Source: Octopus bimaculoides
Lineage: Eukaryota
Direction of reading: 5' to 3'
DNA: 64,000 nucleotides
Assembly: GCF_001194135.2 (NCBI RefSeq)
Contig: NC_068981.1
Span: 32,852,659-32,916,658 of the forward strand
A program made the position numbers and the translations under genes. Position 1 is the first letter of the stretch. Each line of letters starts with the position of its first letter. Positions 38,862-50,800 of the stretch are shown piece by piece. The notes beneath the pieces are model-generated. The model had not been told where the DNA came from. It saw only the letters and a program-made list of their open reading frames with translations, and made no database searches.

Positions 38862-41800
38862 TACATACATACATATATATACATACATACATATATATAC
38901 ATACATACATATATATACATACATACATATATATACATACATACATATATATACATACATACATACACATACATNNNNNNNNNNNNNNNNNNNNNNNNNN
39001 NNNNNNNNNNNNNNNNNNNNNNNNNNNNNNNNNNNNNNNNNNNNNNNNNNNNNNNNNNNNNNNNNNNNNNNNNNNNNNNNNNNNNNNNNNNNNNNNNNNN
39101 NNNNNNNNNNNNNNNNNNNNNNNNNNNNNNNNNNNNNNNNNNNNNNNNNNNNNNNNNNNNNNNNNNNNNNNNNNNNNNNNNNNNNNNNNNNNNNNNNNNN
39201 NNNNNNNNNNNNNNNNNNNNNNNNNNNNNNNNNNNNNNNNNNNNNNNNNNNNNNNNNNNNNNNNNNNNNNNNNNNNNNNNNNNNNNNNNNNNNNNNNNNN
39301 NNNNNNNNNNNNNNNNNNNNNNNNNNNNNNNNNNNNNNNNNNNNNNNNNNNNNNNNNNNNNNNNNNNNNNNNNNNNNNNNATATATACATACATACATAT
39401 ATATACATACATACATACATATACATACATACATACATATATAAATACATACATATATAAATACATACATATATAAATACATACATATATAAATACATAC
39501 ATATATAAATACATACATATATAAATACATACATATATAATACATACATATATAATACATACATATATAATACATACATATATATATATATACATGTCTT
39601 TCATTTAAAGAAACATAAAATATACACAAATTGAATACCGAAAACCCAGTTGAGTCATCTAAATACTATGTTGATTTGATGAATGGATATATACAAAAGG
39701 AAAGTAGAGAGAGATGAAGCAGTACAGACAAATGATGTCAGAAGAAGGGGAAGAAAAAAACCCCCTTCAGAGATAGAAAATTAGAAACAAATAACGTTTC
39801 GGAAAAAGAAAATTATAAATAAATATTTGCAATTTAAGGTTTGTTTTTAACCTCATAGTCAGATTTTCATAACCAAGAGACTTTCTATTTCTCTCTCTCT
39901 CTCCAAAATTATATTAAACAAATTTGCTATCATATAATATTAATCCTTTAAGAAAAGTATAGTATAAATTCAATACAAAACAGACTAAAATTAAAAGCCA
40001 CACCAACATCAAGCCAAAAGCTATCATGTGCAACAAAACACACATGATAGCAAGTGATTTATTCCTTTTCAGTAATATTGCTGTTGTTTTTTTTTTTAAG
40101 TCTTGAACTCTATTTTCTTGTGTTTTTTTTTTTAATGAGATCAAGTTTTATTGATAAGCCATGAAAACACATACACCCACACAATTAGATGAACTATACA
40201 GCAGTAGGGAAGCTAATAATGTTAAAACGTTTCCTGTATCCCAGATTGCTAATTTGAATGCTCTCACATTCATACAGACAGAGTGATAAAAGTTATCAAT
40301 CCAGTAACAAGTCACAAACTCAGCTGACATTAGAGATGCCATTATGAAGAAACATCAGCATCAAAAATTATACAATTCAACAATGACTTCCTAGATTTGA
40401 CTTCTTCAGACAAGAGGTCATCTTTAACAGATAGATGTCCATCCAAAAGAAACTTTAAAACAGTGAGGTAAAGAAACTACAACACAGTGTAATCAAACAA
40501 TTAGGCACAAATGCAAAAATCAAAGTTAAAAAAAAAAAAAGCAAGTCTAGTACTTTAACCATTTAGCATTTAAACCAGCCATATCTAGCTCAAATATTCT
40601 ATTCTGTTTTATGTTCCAACTGGCCAGATCCAGCCTCTCCTACCTACCCTACAATGTCATTCTAAAAATAAACAATCACAAATTTAAAATCTTGAAGCTA
40701 CATGATAATATATAATTAATTTTTTTTTAATGTGGATAAATAAGCATTACATGTGATAAATTAATCTGAATGCTAAAGGGTTTAATCACTGACTATGTTA
40801 ACAGAACTTCAAGTCACACTAACATCTTCATCATTATTTAAAATCTGTTTCCCATGCTGGCATGGATGGTTCAACAAGAGCTGGTGAGTCAGAGGACTGT
40901 AGCAAGCTCCTGTGTCTGCTTTGGCATGGGTTCTATGGCAAGATATCCTTCCTGATGGTAATCACTTCACAAAGTGTACAGGGTGCTTTTTACATGACAC
41001 CAGCACCAGTGAGGTCACCAAATAACTCACTAGAAAGGACCCTGTGACTAAGTGGGAACTAATATTGTGGGAGGTGGCTTTATGCCAGGTGATGATAGGC
41101 TAAATTTCAACAGAGACAAGAACAGGTGTCTTGCTGAAGAGGAGATACATGGTTGCTCCATTAAAAGATATATTCTGAAGAAATTCCATATTGTAAAACT
41201 AAAGCGTTACATAAATGGCTTCAAGTTCAGTCCCACTACATGACACCTTAGGCCAGTGTCTTCTTCTACAGCCCTGCGCTATAGTAGAAATGTCCAGGGC
41301 TAGAGTAGAAATATAGTAGAAGGGCTATAGTAGAAACGCCCAGGCACTCAAATGAAGCCTGAGTGGATCTGATCGACAGAAACTGAAAGAAGTCCATTGG
41401 GTGCGTGTGTGTGTGTGTGTGTGTGTGTGCATGGATGCACATGTTTGTGTCTCCTTGTCTTGACATTGCATGATAACTGCAATACGAGTGTCACTGTCAG
41501 ACATGCTACAGCATTCATTTCCAGTTCTTTGTGGAAACATGTCTGACTATGGGGGAAATATTGCCTTGCTTGGAAACAGGTGAGGTTGGGCAAATGGAAG
41601 AGCATTCAGTCATAGACAATCTGCCTCAATAAATTGTCCTGCTGAAGCAAGCATGGAAAAACAGATATTAAAAAGATGATAATGATACATATTGTACAAT
41701 GACTGAATGTAGTCCGGTTTTAGAGGGAACTAAAATAGTTGGTAACAGAAGGGGCACCTGGCCATAAAATACTGCTTCAAAAAGATAACCTCATGAGTAC

Positions 41801-44800
41801 AATTCAAAATGGAGGAAACTGTTATAGGGCCTGCGAGGTTAACTTCCTATTTTGGGGAAAAACCTTTTAAATGTCTGTTATGTATATTGTACACAGTACA
41901 CTTAGTACCCACTACAATACCCAGTCCTTATTGCAGTGAGATGGCATGCATGCTCCATAACCAAGAAATATGCCAGTGGAGTGCAAGCTTTTGGTAATCC
42001 CTACTTCTCCTCCCCACACTGAATAAGCCAAAGGATAGAGGCCAGATTAATATATGGATCACCTCTTCCCAGGGGTAAAAATGAGTTTAAATAGGGCCAA
42101 CAACCCTACCAAGTAACAATCAAAATTCTAGAAGCATCAATGACAATTCAAAACTAGCAACAGCTGGGAGAGGAAGGCCTTCCCTCAGGGCAGCTCAGAG
42201 TCAAGAACTGTGGAGAAAAGCTATTGATGACCAATACTCCATAGGGAGAAAAGGGCTGAAGTAAATACACTCAATACACATACACATTGTAAATCTCAAA
42301 ATAAGTTTCATGTAAAAAAAATGAATAACTATAAGTAACACAAAATTTTAATTCATATTTAAAAAATAGTTAACATATTTGAATTTAAAATAAGAAAACC
42401 TAATGATACAAAAACAGATAATGCTTGATGTATGAGCAAAAATATGATTTTATATTCTTTTTCTTTGTGTTGATTTTTCATGAGGATTTTTTTTTCCCTG
42501 ATTTCTTCTGAAAATGAATTTTCTTGTTGAAATTTTTCCTAATGAAATCATTGAAATTTCACCATAATCAAATATTTTCAAAACTTTTGAAGAGGGAAAA
42601 GAAAAAGAGATATAAAAAAAATCCCTAACAACAACAAGCAATTTAATTATTAAAATCATATTTTTAAATGGATTTTGTAAATAAATTTCAAATTAAATCA
42701 AGTTATTCCAAAAAATTATTCATACATTTCATACATACATTGTGCATATGTGCGTATATAAATGAGTGCGCATGTCTGAATGTGTGTGTGTGTGTGCGTA
42801 TGTGTATGTGTGTGAATATGTATTCATACCCCAACACCACTCTATAATTAGGATATTTTAAAGTAGATTTCCACCAAACTAAATCTATATTTGCTGTCAA
42901 TTGCTGCTGTTTCTCACCTGTCAACTACCAAACCTGATTTGATTAATTAATAAGTCAATATTTTGCATTAAAAAAAAAATAATAAAAAATTTAAAAATTT
43001 AAAAAAAACATCTCCATTTATAAATTAAATTACACCAAAGAAAAGTCAGACAGTAGAAATGTGCAAAAGCAAGCAAGTGGATAAAGTTGACAAAAGCTTT
43101 GGTTATCTATTTATTTAATTATTGGTCACACTTACTGATGAAGCTGTACGAGAGTTTACAGAGAAAACAGACTTTTTTTTTTTTATAGAACAGTTGAGAA
43201 GAGGCAAAAACAAAAAAAAAACAAAACAAGCAAAAGAGAGAAAATGATTAAAACTAAAAAAAAAATTGAAGTGGAAGGATGATAGTGAAGTGGAAGTGGA
43301 ATGGAGATGGTTGTGGTGATGATTACAATAGCAATGACAGCTATGTTTAACAGCATATCATCTAAATGAGCAAACCTCTTAACAAGAACATTCCAAGTGA
43401 GACCACTCCATTTTTTTTTCCAAGACTATGTTATCCAATGAATCATTCATTTTTTTTTTTTTAAATATATTTTTTAACAAACAGTAAGGATGCAATTTGA
43501 AGATTTGGCTGTTGTTTCTTGCAAGTGAAGCAACCACATAGAAACTCCTTCAATGGCTTGAGAGATTTTTGCAGTGGTGGTAAGAGTAGTGGAGAGGAAA
43601 AGTTCTGAGTACTTTCCTTTATAAATACCACTGCCATCATCATCATCATCATCATCACAACCTCCACAACTGCAATCATGCTCCTTATGCATATAACACC
43701 TACAAGACATCATTACCACTTTCCATGCTTGAAGACCCCTGTGGACATCAACAGAGGAGTGGAGAGCCAGTGAGGAGAAGCAAAGATGAGTAGAAGGCAA
43801 GGCAAGAACTCCTGCAGCTGTTAATACGGCAGGAGTAGAATAAATCGAAAAAAAACAAACAAAAAAACAATAGCAGCACAATGCTGGTGATGATAATGAT
43901 CAAAGTATGATAACATGGATTAGAATGATGACGATGAGGAGGAGGAGGAGGAGGAGGATAGAGTCCCACTAGCATGAGTGAATATTGTGAAGTAGACCCA
44001 CGAAGGCCTACACATACACAGATGTAATATTAGCAACTCGAACAACAACAACAACAAATGAACAATACAACCAAAGGCCCACAGGACACCACCAAAGTAG
44101 TACCAGATCACATAGCAATGCTGGAAATGATAAGAAGATGGTAGTTCCTAAAGCAACCAAAAGTGACCATGGGATAGATAATGATGAACATGATGACCAG
44201 TAATATACTAAAGTATACTGCAGCTGCAATTTGATCTGGTCTTCTTCCTTTAAACAAGTAGAAGAAATACATGTTATGCCAGGTAACCAGAGAGATGTAT
44301 CTATTTCATATTGAGTTACAGCTCAAGAAAGTTAGTTCATAATCATATATAATACCTTAATGCATAAAAGCTAAGTGAGAACAATCAAAATTTATGAACT
44401 CAAACTCCTTTTCTCTCTCTTCAAGCCTATCAGAAGCAGGATGAATAAACCAAAAGAGGCACTCCAAATCAACACAGTAAAACTATGTTAAATGATGACT
44501 ATGATACAAAAATAAGAGAAATATTTAACCCTTTAAACCAACCATAACTGGCCTAAATATTGTGTGTTTTATGCTAAAACTGACCAGATTCAACCTCTCG
44601 TACTTACCCTACAATGTCATTTTAAAAATATAAACTCACATCGAAACCATGATGCTACTAGATAATGTATGATTAATTCAAAACAATGTAAATAAATAAG
44701 CAATACATTTGACAAAGAAGTCTGAATGCTAAAAAGTTAACAAAAAGGCAATGACTTTACAGAGATCAAGTCCTTAGTCTGCACTGACCCAGCTTAGATT

Positions 44801-47800
44801 TAGCTTTTACATACTTAAAGAGTACATATTTTTACTGATCTGTAAAAGAGAAAAGGCTACATCAACCACAGAAGGACTTTAGAATCATAAGCTACCAAAT
44901 AAACTGCATTGCTACTACTAACACTGCATTTAATTGGACATCTTTAAATTCAATGTAATATCAAACTGAATCAATCGCTTAATTGGCAATGGCTAAGTCG
45001 TAAGCACATTTTTTTCAAGGGTTTAAGATAAAAGTCCTTTAGAACAATACAGTATAGAGATTTGAGGAAGAAATTAGGACATGAATATTGTATTATATCA
45101 AGCAAAATGTAAAATTCAAAAACTGAAGAAATGATACGAAAAAGATAAACAGATTCCAGTAGAGCTAATAGCATAGTCTTCCAATTAGATCTAGTAACCT
45201 TCATAATTTAAATCAAGCATTTGAGTGATTAGATTTATCAAAGAGATGAACCAAAAGTCATACACTCAACCTCATATGAGATAAAAATGAAGTCGTTAAA
45301 CAAGCCTACAAACCAATGTCAGCTGGAGAAATTAGATGGCAAAATAAATATAACAGGTTATACAATAATTTCAAAATAAGGCTTTGATTTCACTGAGGCT
45401 ATAATAGAAGACACTTGCCCAAATGTTGCAGTCAAACTGTACCAAAAACCACTAGTTGGGAAGTAAACTTCTCAACATAGTAACACCTGTGCCCAATACA
45501 GATTTCCTGTTTAAAAGAGATCTAAAATAGCTCCCTCAAAATTTCACCAGCTTAATAATGGCAAATTCATTTTAATGAATTCGTTATTAGTTTCAAAATT
45601 AATTGAAAAAAGCAATGTATTTCAACAGAAATATGATAACCAAAAGGGTAATAACTGAGTATAAAAACATTTCCTTCTATGGTGAGAAATGACTGGGATA
45701 CATTGACAATGTACTTATATATTTCTCAAGGGTATCAGTAATTAGAGCAAAAGGAAGCAACTCTACCCAGATAATGGTTTTCATTTACCAAACAGCTCCA
45801 CAACAGCACTCTCTATCACTATGCTAATAATTAAATATATGACAACCACTCACTTTCCTAAACATCTCAAAATACATACATACATGTATGTATATGCAAT
45901 ACACATACACACACACATATATATATATATGCGTATTTAACTCAAGAACTAACTACATACAACCTATGTATTTATTAGTTTACAAAGTAAAGAATTCAGA
46001 GTGAATTTTTGAGGTTTGAAATATAACTTAAAAGATTCTTATAGAAAACTAAAATGTAACCTTTCTCTACAAAAATATCAGATTATCATTCATACAATCA
46101 AGATTTTAATTTAAATACAAATATTATATTTAACCATATATAAATAATATAAGTATAAATGTAATAATAATCATCATTATTTAATGTCCAAGTAATATGC
46201 TGGCAGGAGTTGAACAGTTTGACAGAATTTGATGGGTACAAAGACTTTATTGTACTCTAGTGGTTTTGGCATGGTCTCTGCAGATGGATTCCCTTCTTAA
46301 TGCCAACCACTTTACAGTATGTGCTGGGTGCTTTATCTCTTCATGCCACCAGCACTAGTAAAGTCACCATGAAACTTGCTGGAATAAGAACCCCGGGCTG
46401 TGGAGTGGCAAATGATTTGGAACAGGTCAGTAACAAAACCAAGAGTGGTCTTAAGAAGATTGGTAAGTATAGATTAACCCTGTAGCATTCAGATTATTCT
46501 GTTGAATGTAACACTTAACTATTCACATTATTTTGAATTACTCATGCAACCTCACACATTTGGTCAACATATAATATATATATATCTACAAGAAGATATA
46601 TAAGGAATTTGAAAATAGTTTAGACTAACTGTTCATGATAAAATGATTAAGATGACTTCTGTAATTAAGTGAAGTGACTAATTTCTTCTTGTGAGCAAAT
46701 GTTTCTGAGGAGTGAAGGAGTTATAAAAAAAAGTATTTGGGCATAAAGAATGATTATAAAAAGGACAATATTCATTTTGTGATAATTTTGTAATAAAGTA
46801 AAAGCTATATACATTAAATATAAAGGTTATGTATAGAAGAAGAAAAAGTTAATTGCAGTTAGAGCGATTAAGTCTTTCTCAAAGATATAAAAGAAATCAC
46901 TGATATACTTATAGCTAAGAATTGAAACCAAATTTCATTACTGCCAAACCACAACAACCATAATATCAAAAGTATAATAATAATAATAATAATAATAATG
47001 ATAATAATAATAATAATAATAACAATAATAATAATAACAATAATAATAATAACAATAATAATTCTTTCTACTAAAGGCACAAGGCCTGAAATTTTGGCTG
47101 AGGAGACTAGTTGATTACATCGCCCCCAGTGTTGCACTGTTTCATCAACCCCGAAAGGATGAAAAGGAAAGTTAACCCTGGTAGAATTTGAACTCAGAAC
47201 GTAAAGATGGACAAAATGCTACTCAGCATTTTGTCCGGCATGCTAACGATTCTGCCAGCTCACCACCTTTTCTTCTTCTAAAGGCACAATACCTGCAATT
47301 TTTACGGGAGGAGGAAAGTTAATTACATCAAACCCAGCACTTGATTGGTACTTATTTCATCAACCCCAAAAAGATGAAAGATGGATGAAATGCTGCTAAG
47401 CATTCTGTCCAGTGTGCTAACACTTCTGCCAGCTCACCACATTAGTAGTAGTAGTAGTAGTAGTAGTAGTAATAATAATAATAAGTTTCAAATTTTGCCA
47501 CAAGGGCAGCAATTTTGGGGAGGGGATCAAGTCAATTACATTGACTCTAGTGTTCAACTGGTACTTAATTTATCAACCCCTGAAAGGATAACAGGCAAAG
47601 TGAATCTTGGCAGAATTTGAACACAGAACATAAAGACAGACAAAGTGTTGCTAAGCCTTTTGCCAGGAGTATTAACAATTCTGCCAGCTGTCTCCCTTAA
47701 TGATAATAATAATTCCTATTATCATTATTATTAGGGAAACTGGTAGAATTGTAAGCATGGTAGACAAAATGCTTTGCAGCAATTCTTTCTGCTCGTTGCA

Positions 47801-50800
47801 TTCTGAGTTCAAATGCTAAGATCAGCTTAGCTTTTCATCCTTTCAGGATCTATAAAATATCTTGACCCCAGTCAAATAGTGGGGTCAATATAATCAACTA
47901 GCTAACTCCCACTTAAAACTGCTGGTCTTGTGCCAAAATTTGGAACTATCATCATCATCATCAGACAACTCTCATTGGCATTGGTACACTTATTAATAAT
48001 AACAAGATTAACATTTATTAATAAATAAGATTAAAAAATAATTAGAAATAATACATTTCTAAATCTCTCAGAGAGACTTAAGCAGTAGTGATGCGATAAA
48101 GTAGTTGTATACTGCCAACTTAACGTGACAGTCCCAATAAGGGAATATACTACTGCTGTTTAGCCCTAGGAAGCTGAACCGCTTCCTAGGGCTAAACAGC
48201 AGTAGTATATTCCCTTATTGGGACTGTCACGTTAAGTTGGCAGAATACAACTACTTTATTAAAAAATAAATAAAATGAAATAAACTGAATATCAAACTTT
48301 TTCTAAGACATAAATTTTTAGTCACTTAAAGATGAATTTTGAGAAATATCCATTTTAATAAAAACAAGTTTAAAAAATAGTTTGATTTTCTAGTATTTTC
48401 CAATTTATTGAAATGTTAACAAAAGTTTACTCAACTTATAAAAATAATAATAATGAAAAGGTGTTAATTCAATGAGTTACTTGATTTTATGTATTAGAGA
48501 AATGAAACAAAATCAACTCCTAATCAATTAAGTTATCTTACCTATAGGTAAAAATCCTGGAAAATATAAGTTTTTAAGAAATAAATTACATGTTCTTTGA
48601 CGAGAGTATCAGAAGTATGGGATATTCTGGATTGCAAAACAATGTGTTGGAGCAAAATCAGAACATTGTTGGGGAAAAGCTTGTATAGAATGATAGCAGC
48701 ATACTCACAGACACCAAGAAGAAACACAGAAATGATACAAGAAACAGCTGAATGGAAGTAGACATATCACTGGGACAAGCTATTGAATTTGACAACAGAG
48801 TGGAAAGTATAATTAAGGATATGAAGGGAGAGAAAGAAGCCAGACAAATAAGGATAGTCACTGAGATATCTAGTGAACAGAGATACCAGATAAAACAGTA
48901 AACTGTTATATTCAAGGAAAGGCATAGAAATAAGCAAGTACAGAAGCAGCAAAACACTGGACCTGTTTGTGAAAAAAAAGTAAGGAGTTACAGTAACTGT
49001 TTGAAGAGAGCTTAGATGATATAGAGTTTAATTGTGTACCAATGCCATCTTCCGAATGAGAGAACTATAGATGTTCCCAGCTAAGAGTAAGGCTCTGTAC
49101 CTAGCATTTCTCAACCAGAAGAAAACTTCTGACAGGTTACCATGCTGTTATCTGGTGATTACTAAGAAAATTAAGAGCAGATGGTTTGTTACAGCTGTAC
49201 AATCCATGTCATCAACCAAGTGAGAATTAAAAAGGAGCTCAGTGAGATAAGTGTCCATCAAAGCTCAATTATCAGTTTCCGGCTTATAGTTAGTTCTCCA
49301 GGATATAAGAGTTCAAGACTGGCTGTCCATGAGAACTCCTGTGTGCAAGTGACAAGTTTTTAGATGAATTTACTGAAAAATTAAAAGAAATGCCTAATAT
49401 AGAAGCAAAACGTAAAATCAGAAGCAGAAAAGAACACAGATCTCAGCTGCCATCAGAGAGATGGTCATTCTCAATATGTAGAAAAGGAGTAGGCAAGAAT
49501 TCTGTACTGTGTACCAAACGTAAATAAGCATGCGCAAGAGATGCAGTAAGATCACAGGCAGATTCACAAAGACATGCCACTCCAGTAAATATGTAATGTT
49601 AGTGCGTAGATGTGAAATGAGAGGAGAAAAAAAGAGCATAAGAAATGTGCCAAATTATCCAAATGGAAGAAATCTGCAGATGAGAAAGACATGGGAGAAG
49701 TGGTGGAAGTTGATCACCAAAAACAGAATCACACGAACGAGATAATAGAAATTGACAACAAATGACAAAACACTGGAAAATAAAAGTAAAAAATGCTGTC
49801 CAACACCTGTCGGACTTGTCAAAATTTAAGTAAAACTGTAAAATGGGAGATAATCGTGTACAGAGTAACCTCCCTTCGAAAATCGTTTACCGGTCTTACT
49901 TCGTTGTGTACCAAGGAGTATAATTATACGTATTAGTTCAGAAAGATATACATTTCCATTATTGTGAAGAAAAATCTAACATTCCAGATGGTTAGCTTCA
50001 ATAGTTTAAAACTAAAGGCAATGACTTTTTTTTTTTTTTTTTTTTTTACCACCACACTACACCCCAACACTAAAACTGTACATACGACAAGCTTGAAATA
50101 GCAGCAGCTACCTCAAATTACATATTAAAATATTTAAAAAAAATACATTGGATAATGCTGTCCTAGTTACACTATTGCATAGAAGGGGGTGGAAATAAGA
50201 TGGTCTTGACTGGAATACCTTAAATTATAGATCTGTTCGATCAGGGCTGATTTCTTACTAAACAACTAAGACTGTAATAAGAATCTACTGTAATGTAGAC
50301 AACCAAGACATATAGTACTGAACGGTTTACAGTGAATAGTACTTGGATATTTGGCATTCAAACTCAACTGAAATTAATTTTACTTTTCACTTCAGTTGAT
50401 AAAATACGTACCCAGCAATACGGATATCACTTCAATCAATTGTAAACTCCTCAACATCCAAGGAGACTAGAGTCTACCATCGTGATTAAATTCTTGACCA
50501 AAGCTAATTCACTTCCCTTGTTCTGCCGCTAATACAATTTAGAAAGCATGAATACCACAACTCATTCATCATCTACTGCAGAAATGGAGGTTTTGTGTTT
50601 CACCAATTAGAATTCAACAGTTATTCATTGAGATAATTCTAATGCTATCTGCACCATTTTTCATCACAGAACAATTGTCTAAAACTGAAAATTCTACCAC
50701 TAAGGTTCTACGTCATTATTACCATGAACAGAGAGAGATTCACTGAAGAATTAGTCTCCAGCATATCACAAGTTTTTAAAAACTGTATACCGTGTTAACA

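Noticed and set aside
40146-40342. 64-aa ORF followed by AATAAA in intron 3 (intronic polyadenylation)
   Set aside because: I found no convincing acceptor, and AATAAA is common in this AT-rich DNA.
48700-49680. Cryptic exon signals on the minus strand (GTGAGT donor at 48708, pyrimidine-rich acceptor at 49674)
   Set aside because: Most of the block is an old antisense RTE fragment whose A/G-rich strand produces these signals passively.
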